Shown here: piece after piece, positions 57,700 through 64,000 of the stretch
Layout: each line of letters opens with the position of its first letter
How positions within the stretch are numbered: the stretch's first letter is position 1
From: Escherichia phage phAPEC8
Length of the DNA: 64,000 nt
Reading direction: 5' to 3' (one strand)
Sequence record: NC_020079.1
The notes under the pieces: model-generated
Database searches by the model: none
Seen by the model: the letters and a program-made list of their open reading frames with translations, nothing else
What the model was told of the DNA's origin: nothing
Program-made: the position numbers and the translations under genes

Positions 57700-58164
57700 C
57701 TCCTAAACGCGTCTCTGACGCACTTTTTATATATAAGATGATAAATCACCTTACCTAGTAAGTAAGCTTGCTCTACGAGCCTCTTATGAAGCTTAAGTTA
57801 TACTATTGCTACCTGTTTAAGCAAGGTTTTGCACACAGAAAATAATTTTTAATAAAACTCTTGACTTTTGTGTTCGAAGTATGCTACCCTAGAAATCTAT
57901 TAACGAGCGCAGCGAGTTAAGGTTTTAGGTTGTTGATGTAGTACTCTGTACTAAAGCACTGTACTCCGTACTAGATTAATAATTATTAAATATTAATAAA
58001 TAATTATTAGATCTAACAAACAGGTACAGTGTATCAGAACTGGTACGTACATATCAACTTCTATCAATTAAAAAATAAAATAATAAATTATTATAAATAA
58101 TACTTGATCTATAAATCAGTATGAAGTACAGTACGTAACATCTTAACAAGAATGGAGGTGTGCA
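57700..58164. promoter_or_regulatory. divergent intergenic control region with GTAC-containing repeats and AT-rich palindromes
   Basis: TGTACT/AGTACAG half-sites about 8 times; TAATAATTATTAAATATTAATAAATAATTATTA; minus-strand TTGCTT/TATAAC promoter. Confidence 0.5.
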
Positions 58165-58350
58165 ATGATTAGTGAGAATCCGTGCAAATGGCATCATGTG
58201 CCTATTAAAGATTGTATGTCTTGTAATCCACGTTCTATTTATAACATTGCATCTTATGATGATGACAATGTGTTAGACGATGATGAAGGCTGGGAGGATT
58301 TAGATTGGACTGGTTATGAAACCAAAAAGGATAAAATTATTCCTAGTTGA
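58165..58350 (+). CDS. hypothetical small acidic protein
   Basis: ORF, SD GGAGGTG. Confidence 0.5.
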   Translation: MISENPCKWHHVPIKDCMSCNPRSIYNIASYDDDNVLDDDEGWEDLDWTGYETKKDKIIPS

Positions 58351-58387
58351 CTTAAGATATCCTTCGTGCTAAACTAGAAGTGAGGAG

Positions 58388-58639
58388 ATGCCGATCACTC
58401 CCCATTTGGGGTTCGAAGGATATATGCAAAATAGCTTTTATTTTAGGTGCCGTGCTTGTAATAGGCATTTGACAAACCACTCCAGACGTGATAAAAATGG
58501 AGTCATCAAGGAATCAGACCTCTGTTCTATTTGCACAGGTTTGGCTTTTGATGATAGTCCCGAAAGGGTTTATCAGCATCAATGTATAACAGACGTTCTC
58601 GTGTCAAACTTGGTAGAGGACGAACAACTAACAGATTAG
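58388..58639 (+). CDS. small zinc-finger protein
   Basis: CRACN ... CSICTG pairs; SD GAGGAGA. Confidence 0.5.
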   Translation: MPITPHLGFEGYMQNSFYFRCRACNRHLTNHSRRDKNGVIKESDLCSICTGLAFDDSPERVYQHQCITDVLVSNLVEDEQLTD

Positions 58640-58647
58640 GAGGAACA

Positions 58648-58896
58648 ATGTCTCTATTAGAAAAACACGTGTTTGAAGATGGTAACGGCAATGCAGTTTT
58701 TCTTTTCCATCCAGAAAAATACACATCTGAAAACAATGGTACAACTTCTATTGTAATCACTAAAGATGTTAAAGTTATTGATTTCTTGGCTCTGATGCGA
58801 GAGATGGATCTTGAAATTAATACTTTTAACGCAGAAGCTTTGGTTGTTGCTCTTCTGGAAAAGAAAGATAGTGAAGAAGTAGCAGAATATGCTTAA
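58648..58896 (+). CDS. hypothetical protein
   Basis: internal ATG with SD TAGGAGGAA. Confidence 0.5.
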   Translation: MSLLEKHVFEDGNGNAVFLFHPEKYTSENNGTTSIVITKDVKVIDFLALMREMDLEINTFNAEALVVALLEKKDSEEVAEYA

Positions 58897-58903
58897 ATAA
58901 CTA

Positions 58904-58938
58904 TTGACAAACGTATCCTTCATATGTTAGGATACGTT
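58904..58938 (+). promoter_or_regulatory. promoter (TTGACA) overlapped by 9-bp inverted repeat AACGTATCC..GGATACGTT
   Basis: hexamer and palindrome read directly. Confidence 0.5.
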
Positions 58939-59142
58939 CATCAAGTGTGGTAACAGGGTCGTTGACTTTTGTTAAGAGGGGCTTGCACTGCGGTAGTGTT
59001 AGAGACTACTTCTTCAGAGGTTAGCTACCAAAGAGGAAAAGGAATAGTCTCGGCTCAAGAACTTTTACGCTGAAAGTTGGGCTTGGTCTTAGAGAATGTA
59101 GCGGTTCTCTACAATCGTCAGCGTCTCTGTTACCACATTTAT

Positions 59143-59214
59143 GGCCCTGTAGCTCAATGGGAGAGCTGTCGGCTCATAACCGATAGGTAGCTGGATCGAA
59201 ACCAGCCAGGGCCA
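59143..59214 (+). tRNA. tRNA-Met (anticodon CAT)
   Basis: manual cloverleaf: acceptor GGCCCTG/CAGGGCC, loop CTCATAA, T-loop GATCGAA, CCA encoded. Confidence 0.75.
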
Positions 59215-59219
59215 CCAAC

Positions 59220-59291
59220 GTCTTTATGGTGTAATGGATAGCACAGGAGTCTTCTAAACTCTTAGTCAAGGTTCGATTCCTTGTAAAGACA
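59220..59291 (+). tRNA. tRNA-Arg (anticodon TCT)
   Basis: acceptor GTCTTTA/TAAAGAC, loop CTTCTAA, T-loop TTCGATT. Confidence 0.7.
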
Positions 59292-59528
59292 CCAGAACAT
59301 TTTAACATGAATTAGCTCAAGTGATTTGAACCCACTACTGATCATGGTGGCAGAGAATGAGGCAAGTATGTCAGACATTATAAACAAAGGCCACGGTTAC
59401 ATTAGAAGACATAAATGCTCGAAGAGCACCGTTCGTGGAGAACGGGGGTTGGTGGAGTCACCATTCATGGTAAAATGTTTTAAAAAACTATTGACAACTA
59501 ACATTATTTTATGTTAGATTATAAGTAT

Positions 59529-59616
59529 GGAAGGGCAAATCGACGTGGCGACGAAAACGGTCTTGAAAACCGCCGAGCTTGAAAGAGCCTTGGGAGTTCG
59601 ACTCTCCCTCCTTCCG
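59529..59616 (+). tRNA. tRNA-Ser (anticodon TGA), type II
   Basis: long variable arm; loop CTTGAAA; T arm GGGAG-TTCGACT-CTCCC. Confidence 0.7.
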
Positions 59617-59623
59617 CCAGATT

Positions 59624-59706
59624 GGTAGATTGGTGAAATGGTAGCCACGACAGTTTGCTAAACTGTAGTCGGAAACGGCGTGTAGGTTCGAGTCCTACAT
59701 CTACCG
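59624..59706 (+). tRNA. tRNA-Ser (anticodon GCT), type II
   Basis: acceptor GGTAGAT/ATCTACC; stem ACAGT/ACTGT loop TTGCTAA; long variable arm. Confidence 0.7.
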
Positions 59707-59836
59707 CCAAGTTGTTTTTAATGTAGCGTTGCGGCTACTTACTTTAGCAGAGTAAATCTTCGGCAAGTGGCGGTAACCACTTTACCGATACCGCATAGTC
59801 AGTAAGGCGAATACTGGCTACTTTAAAAACAATTTT

Positions 59837-59917
59837 GTGAGATTGGCAGAGTGGTCGATTGCGGGGGACTGTAAATCCCTTCTGAAAGGCGCGGTGGTTC
59901 GAATCCATCATCTCACA
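59837..59917 (+). tRNA. tRNA-Tyr (anticodon GTA), type II
   Basis: acceptor GTGAGAT/ATCTCAC; loop CTGTAAA; long variable arm. Confidence 0.7.
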
Positions 59918-59926
59918 CCAAATTAA

Positions 59927-60009
59927 GATGAGTTGGCTGAATGGTTTAAGCGGCGGACTGTTAATCCGTGTTCGAAAGAACGATATAGGTTCAAATCCTA
60001 TACTCATCG
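59927..60009 (+). tRNA. tRNA-Asn-like (anticodon GTT) with 15-nt variable arm
   Basis: anticodon arm GCGGA-CTGTTAA-TCCGT matches E. coli tRNA-Asn; extra GTTC-GAAA-GAAC hairpin in variable region. Confidence 0.55.
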
Positions 60010-60019
60010 CCAGAATTAT

Positions 60020-60096
60020 GGACTTGTAGAGTTAAGGTAAACCCCCAGTCGCCAAGAGGCTTCTGGAATTGCAGGTATCGAATCCTGCCGAGTCCC
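60020..60096 (+). tRNA. tRNA-like element, non-canonical, anticodon unresolved
   Basis: 7-bp acceptor GGACTTG/CGAGTCC and T-arm-like GCAGG..CCTGC, but no canonical anticodon arm and 8-nt T-loop. Confidence 0.3.
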
Positions 60097-60102
60097 AGCT
60101 TT

Positions 60103-60174
60103 GCTCCTATAGTATAATGGCTATTACAACGGTTTTGTAATCCGTGGATCTCTGTTCGATTCAGAGTGGGAGCA
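60103..60174 (+). tRNA. tRNA-Thr (anticodon TGT)
   Basis: acceptor GCTCCTA/TGGGAGC; loop TTTGTAA; T arm CTCTG-TTCGATT-CAGAG. Confidence 0.65.
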
Positions 60175-60452
60175 CCAACACAACATTAAGGGCACTGTGA
60201 TTGATCGTCGTATCCTGTGCACAAGGTCTGTTCGAAAGACAGTGTTCTTAGTATTGTGTTGATCACACAAAAAGAGTTACCTGAAACTTGACCGGAGTAG
60301 GGTTGGATGGGGCAAAAGAAGAAGCGGCTCTCCCATCGACAGCAACGAAGAATAATATTTGACTTTGGTTTTGTATTATTTTAAGTTAGCTTACCGAACG
60401 TAGGGCTAGTCACCCAACGGGATACTCGTCACTGTCCCACTCAATAAAACTA

Positions 60453-60483
60453 TTGACAACCAATAGTAAAATGTAGTATAGTA
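60453..60483 (+). promoter_or_regulatory. promoter (AACTATTGACAA ... TAGTAT) upstream of tRNA-Gly
   Basis: -35 TTGACA, 16 bp spacer, -10-like hexamer. Confidence 0.5.
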
Positions 60484-60493
60484 AAGATGTAGG

Positions 60494-60564
60494 GCGTTCT
60501 TGGTGTAGCGGTAGCATTCCGTCCTTCCAAGTCGGCGGCACGAGTTCGATCCTCGTAGAACGCT
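60494..60564 (+). tRNA. tRNA-Gly (anticodon TCC)
   Basis: acceptor GCGTTCT/AGAACGC; D-loop AGCGGTAG; loop CTTCCAA; T arm ACGAG-TTCGATC-CTCGT. Confidence 0.7.
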
Positions 60565-60666
60565 CCAAATTATTTAATAAAGGGTTGCCAGAAAACTTTC
60601 TCTTTTACTCATGGTTTTCTCCTTCTCTCACACCTCTTCTGGTTGCCCTTCATTAAATGATTTATT

Positions 60667-60739
60667 GGTTTGTAGTGTAGTCCGGTAGCACACGACACTT
60701 TGACTGTCGTAGGTTTGGTTCAAATCCAGACAGACCAGC
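60667..60739 (+). tRNA. tRNA-Gln (anticodon TTG)
   Basis: acceptor TGGTTTG/CAGACCA; stem CGACA/TGTCG loop CTTTGAC. Confidence 0.7.
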
Positions 60740-60834
60740 CATATAACAAAGGTGAGTCACTACCTCAAGTGTGAAGTTAAAAACGAGGAGCCGCCGAACA
60801 CTTTCTTTTGCGGCGTACCTTTAGAATGTTATGA

Positions 60835-60908
60835 CGGAATTTAGCTCAGTTTGGTAGAGTGTACGCTTTGGGAGCGTATTGTCGCAGGTTCGAATCCTGC
60901 AATTCCGA
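60835..60908 (+). tRNA. tRNA-Pro (anticodon TGG)
   Basis: acceptor CGGAATT/AATTCCG; D arm TAGCTCAGTTTGGTAGAG; loop TTTGGGA; T arm GCAGG-TTCGAAT-CCTGC. Confidence 0.8.
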
Positions 60909-60917
60909 CCAATTAAA

Positions 60918-60988
60918 TGTTTCGTAGTTCAATGGTAGAACCCACGACTGATAATCGTGAGATACAAGTTCGATTCTTGTCGAAACAA
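60918..60988 (+). tRNA. tRNA-Ile (anticodon GAT)
   Basis: acceptor TGTTTCG/CGAAACA; stem CACGA/TCGTG loop CTGATAA. Confidence 0.75.
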
Positions 60989-60993
60989 CCAGT

Positions 60994-61062
60994 TTCCCGT
61001 TAGACTTACAGGATAAGAGTTCCACAATTTATTGTGACGCTGGTTCGAATCCAGCACGGGAT
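60994..61062 (+). tRNA. degenerate tRNA-like element (possible tRNA pseudogene)
   Basis: 6-bp acceptor TCCCGT/ACGGGA and canonical T arm GCTGG-TTCGAAT-CCAGC, but anticodon region is a palindrome with no 7-nt loop. Confidence 0.3.
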
Positions 61063-61069
61063 ACATAAT

Positions 61070-61145
61070 AGCGGGATAGAGGAGTCTGGTCGTCCTCGCC
61101 AGTTTCATATGCTGGAGATCATTGGTTCAAATCCAATTCCCGCCT
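61070..61145 (+). tRNA. tRNA with CAT anticodon (Met, initiator or Ile-lysidine)
   Basis: D arm GAGG..CCTC; stem CCAGT/GCTGG loop TTCATAT; A1-C72 mismatch. Confidence 0.6.
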
Positions 61146-61355
61146 CCAAATATCGCTTGCCAGCGGTATCTTTGAAGACCTTGCCTGGTTCCTTCTAAGA
61201 TGGAGGGGTGCGACTCCTTAACGCACAATTATAATAAAGCATTTCAAATTAACAGTATTTATTAGCCTCCTTATTGGAGGCTTTTTGCTATCTATTGAAT
61301 AAAACTTGACTTATTATTTTTTATATGTTAAGATAAAGTTTAGGAGGATTTTATT

Positions 61356-61652
61356 ATGCCTAAACTAAAACGTGGTCGTGGAAGACCAACAGCCGAAATG
61401 CAACAGATTTACGCAATGGATGCGGCGCAAGCAAGTGTAAAAGAATTATTTGCAGAGCATTATTTAGAAGCTATGCGGTATATTGTTGAACTTGTTAATG
61501 ATAAGGATGCAGCAAAACCTCTCCGCTTCCAAGCAGCTAAAGCTATTAAAGAGCAAGTAGAAGAATGGTTAGAAGAACATTATGAAGCTATGGAAGAAGA
61601 AACCCCTGCCGTGCAGAATACAGATGACGTTCCTAAAAAGATCGTAATCTAA
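61356..61652 (+). CDS. hypothetical protein with N-terminal AT-hook-like motif
   Basis: KRGRGRP motif; promoter TTGACT at 61306; SD AGGAGG. Confidence 0.5.
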   Translation: MPKLKRGRGRPTAEMQQIYAMDAAQASVKELFAEHYLEAMRYIVELVNDKDAAKPLRFQAAKAIKEQVEEWLEEHYEAMEEETPAVQNTDDVPKKIVI

Positions 61653-61699
61653 TCCCTCTCCTCTCTTGGGGCTTTGCCCCTCCTCCTTGTTATTTTTAA

Positions 61700-61735
61700 C
61701 ACCCCTCTCCGAAAGGTTAGGGGCTTTTTTATTTT
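61700..61735 (+). terminator. Rho-independent terminator
   Basis: CCCCTCTCCGAAAGGTTAGGGG hairpin + TTTTTTATTTTT. Confidence 0.6.
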
Positions 61736-61814
61736 TAATGCTTGCAATTATATATCATTTTGTGATAAGATCAGATATGAGGAGGATAAAATATGCGCAA
61801 TTTTGTAGTTAAAA

Positions 61815-62030
61815 ATGATTTTAACCGTTCTTCTTATCATAAAGATAAAAAGAATGATTACACACGGGCTTGGAACTTGGAGGAAGAACTTTATGATGAC
61901 AGAGAAGACTTGGGAAGAGATCCTAGCGGAGGCTCAACCAATGGAAGTGAAGAAGATAGTTAACAACGCCCCTTCTCTTCCTAAAATAAAATTTTATGAG
62001 AAAGTAGAAGATAATGAATCTAAAGACTAA
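61815..62030 (+). CDS. hypothetical small protein (frame and start uncertain)
   Basis: track ORF; competing 59-aa ORF 61793-61969 in another frame has the stronger SD. Confidence 0.3.
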   Translation: MILTVLLIIKIKRMITHGLGTWRKNFMMTEKTWEEILAEAQPMEVKKIVNNAPSLPKIKFYEKVEDNESKD

Positions 62031-62406
62031 AACTGTATTAAGTTTTGTTTTAATTGTTGTTCTTATTCTTGCCGGAATGTTTGCTTATAACAAGATACGT
62101 GAGTCTGGCTACAAAGATGGTGTTGCCTATCAAACGCAAGTATATCAAGCAGCCCAAGCAAAAGCAAAACAAGATTTTGATGTTCTTCAAAAAAGAGCAG
62201 ATGAAGAAAGAGCATTATTAAATACTCAAATAAACAACTTGTCTAAAAACAATGCACAATTAAAAGCAGATTTAGAGAAGAAGAAACAAACGATCAATGA
62301 GGATACAACGAATTATGCAAAAACTAATTCTGGCAGTATGTCTTGCTTTGCCCCTAATGATGACGGGTTGTTCATCATCAACAAAAGTTTCCCCAGTTCT
62401 TATTGA
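62014..62406 (+). CDS. i-spanin (Rz-like) candidate
   Basis: N-terminal TM helix then Gln/Ala/Lys-rich coiled-coil-like region; overlaps lipoprotein ORF. Confidence 0.5.
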   Translation: MNLKTKTVLSFVLIVVLILAGMFAYNKIRESGYKDGVAYQTQVYQAAQAKAKQDFDVLQKRADEERALLNTQINNLSKNNAQLKADLEKKKQTINEDTTNYAKTNSGSMSCFAPNDDGLFIINKSFPSSY

Positions 62407-62641
62407 TGAGTGTAAGGCTGTAGCCATAGAAAAGGTTAAAGGTCCAGATTCGGACTTGATGGATAAAGTATCGACACCTGTGCCATACACTAAAAATCAA
62501 ATTGCAAAAGGGGTTAGTAGATCTGAAGTTGTTAACAACCAAACTCAAAACAATGCTCTTTGGGAGCAAGATAGACGAAAGGTTCTAGGTTTACAAACAT
62601 ATATTAAAACACTGCAAGAAAAAGGTATTATTGCTGAATAA
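62315..62641 (+). CDS. o-spanin (Rz1-like) lipoprotein candidate
   Basis: lipobox-like LMMTGC after hydrophobic signal; +1 frame overlap with i-spanin. Confidence 0.5.
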   Translation: MQKLILAVCLALPLMMTGCSSSTKVSPVLIDECKAVAIEKVKGPDSDLMDKVSTPVPYTKNQIAKGVSRSEVVNNQTQNNALWEQDRRKVLGLQTYIKTLQEKGIIAE

Positions 62642-62650
62642 GGAGGGAAT

Positions 62651-64000
62651 GTGGCAAAGAAAAAGGCAGCAGGTAGTTTAGCTGGAGTAGATATTGAAGT
62701 AAAGGCTCAACCAGGTAAACAGACTCTTGCAATGGATTTAATGCCAGAAGTTATGATTTATGGTGGTGCCGCTGGATGTGTTTCTGCTGAAACGGAATAT
62801 CTTACAAAAGATGGTTGGAGGCAGATTAGTGAATATTCGGGAGAGGATATTTACCAATACAATCCTAAGAATAAGCGTTTAGAATTGGTAACACCTTATT
62901 TTGTAGAATATGATTTAAATGGAGATAACCTATACAGAATAACAAATGGTGTAGGATTGTTCCAAGAACTTAGTATGGAACACCGTTTTGTATTCTATAA
63001 GAAAAAGAAATCAAAGAAACATTTCGAGATTCTTGTAGGAGATCTTATTGCATTACAGCAAATAGGAAAACCCCTGCGAGGTTATGTAGAAAATCCATTC
63101 GGTAAACGTGTTCCTTTTAACATACCTGGTAAAAAGAGCACTTACTTAAAAATACACGAGGTTATTTCAACAGATGATAAGAAATATTGTTTTGAGACTC
63201 CAAGCAGCTATATTGTCTTTAGACGTGGCGATCACTGCTTCGTTACTGGGAATAGCGGCAAGTCTCGTCTGCTATTGCTGAAAGCTTTAAAATACGCCTA
63301 CAAAGACCCTTTGTTTGGTGGAATACTTTTCCGTAAGAACACCACTGCTCACCGTAAACCAGGTGGTCTGTTTACAGAAGCAAAACGTTTGTATCTTCCT
63401 TTACAACCACACGTAAAAGAAAGTACAATGGATATCATTTTTGAAGCCACTGGTGGTGGAACCCTCAAATTTGACCATTTGGAAAATGATAACGTAACAG
63501 CAGAAACAAACCATCAGGGTACACAGTATTCAATGGTAGGTTTTGACGAGTTAACCCACTTCACACAATATGAAATGCTCTATCTTCTGGGACGTATGCG
63601 TTCAGAGTCAGAAACAAGTTTCATGTTGTGCACATGTAACCCTGACGCAGATAGTTGGGTTTTGAATTGGGTGTTACCTTATCTTGATGAGGGTGGTTAT
63701 CCTAGAGAAGATATGTGTGGTAAACAAAAATATTTCATCATTGTTAACGATGAACCTGTTTTTGCTGACACACCTGAAGAACTGAAAGAAAAATATCCAG
63801 AGAACTGTTTCATGGAAAACCCTAATACAGGGGAGACAGTTGTTATTGAACCACAAACTTTCGTATTTATTGGTGGGACAATATTTGATAACCCAGAACT
63901 CATTAGGCTTAACCCTAATTACTTAGCACAGCTTAAATCACAAACAGCTATCAAAAGAGCACAGCTTCTGGACGGTTGTTGGTTTGCACGTATCCAGAAA
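62651..64000 (+). CDS. terL: terminase large subunit-like P-loop ATPase (runs off window end), interrupted by mini-intein
   Basis: GTG start after SD AGGAGGG; Walker B MVGFDELTHF; canonical Walker A GAAGSGKS only if 62777-63253 is removed. Confidence 0.55.
   Translation, partial: MAKKKAAGSLAGVDIEVKAQPGKQTLAMDLMPEVMIYGGAAGCVSAETEYLTKDGWRQISEYSGEDIYQYNPKNKRLELVTPYFVEYDLNGDNLYRITNGVGLFQELSMEHRFVFYKKKKSKKHFEILVGDLIALQQIGKPLRGYVENPFGKRVPFNIPGKKSTYLKIHEVISTDDKKYCFETPSSYIVFRRGDHCFVTGNSGKSRLLLLKALKYAYKDPLFGGILFRKNTTAHRKPGGLFTEAKRLYLPLQPHVKESTMDIIFEATGGGTLKFDHLENDNVTAETNHQGTQYSMVGFDELTHFTQYEMLYLLGRMRSESETSFMLCTCNPDADSWVLNWVLPYLDEGGYPREDMCGKQKYFIIVNDEPVFADTPEELKEKYPENCFMENPNTGETVVIEPQTFVFIGGTIFDNPELIRLNPNYLAQLKSQTAIKRAQLLDGCWFARIQK
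62777..63253 (+). mobile_element. mini-intein (159 aa) in terminase P-loop
   Basis: starts CVSAETEY (block A-like), SMEH (block B-like), ends ...FVTGN before Ser +1; no endonuclease domain. Confidence 0.5.

Noticed and set aside
59326-59517. 63-aa plus-strand ORF between tRNA-Arg and tRNA-Ser
   Set aside because: No convincing ribosome-binding site and it runs into the downstream promoter; the interval may be a leader or small RNA
59519-60007. Two minus-strand ORFs (59519-59710, 59744-60007)
   Set aside because: They overlap tRNA-Ser, tRNA-Tyr and tRNA-Asn on the opposite strand; translations are tRNA-sequence artefacts
1-64000. CRISPR array, integrase/att sites or transposon ends
   Set aside because: No regularly spaced direct repeats with unique spacers, no tyrosine or large serine integrase, and no terminal inverted repeats were seen; the only recombinase is a small resolvase-type enzyme
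1-64000. Assignment to a specific named phage (T4-like or T5-like)
   Set aside because: Lysozyme, NrdAB and the tRNA cluster are shared by several large virulent phage lineages, and ThyX, the rml operon and the paralog families do not fit a reference genome I can recall with confidence

Overview
This 64 kb window reads as part of a large virulent dsDNA phage genome with sigma70-type promoters and Shine-Dalgarno sites typical of a Gram-negative (enterobacterial-like) host. No specific phage could be assigned. All calls are by-eye motif reading of the supplied ORF track and sequence; no database search was run. Layout: (1) 1-5520, plus-strand small genes, each behind a TTGACA/-10 promoter and a conserved GC-rich 5' hairpin, bracketed by two identical terminators; (2) 5521-7020, an ORF-poor, strand-skewed, palindrome-rich region; (3) 7022-23743, about 50 tightly packed plus-strand small genes, including a seven-member paralogous family and a serine recombinase; (4) 23813-57693, a minus-strand block with a SIR2-like protein, a Pol-beta-type nucleotidyltransferase-like protein, methyltransferase-like genes, an HslV-like peptidase, PhoH, a T4-type lysozyme, a complete rmlBADC dTDP-rhamnose operon, NrdAB, ThyX, RdgC-like and ligase-like genes; (5) 59143-61145, a cluster of 12 tRNAs plus 2 tRNA-like elements; (6) 61356-64000, a spanin pair and a 3'-truncated terminase large subunit whose P-loop appears interrupted by a mini-intein. 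The most interesting candidates for undescribed biology are the seven-copy small-protein family, the phage-borne rhamnose pathway and the SIR2-like/nucleotidyltransferase-like/acidic-paralog neighbourhood.
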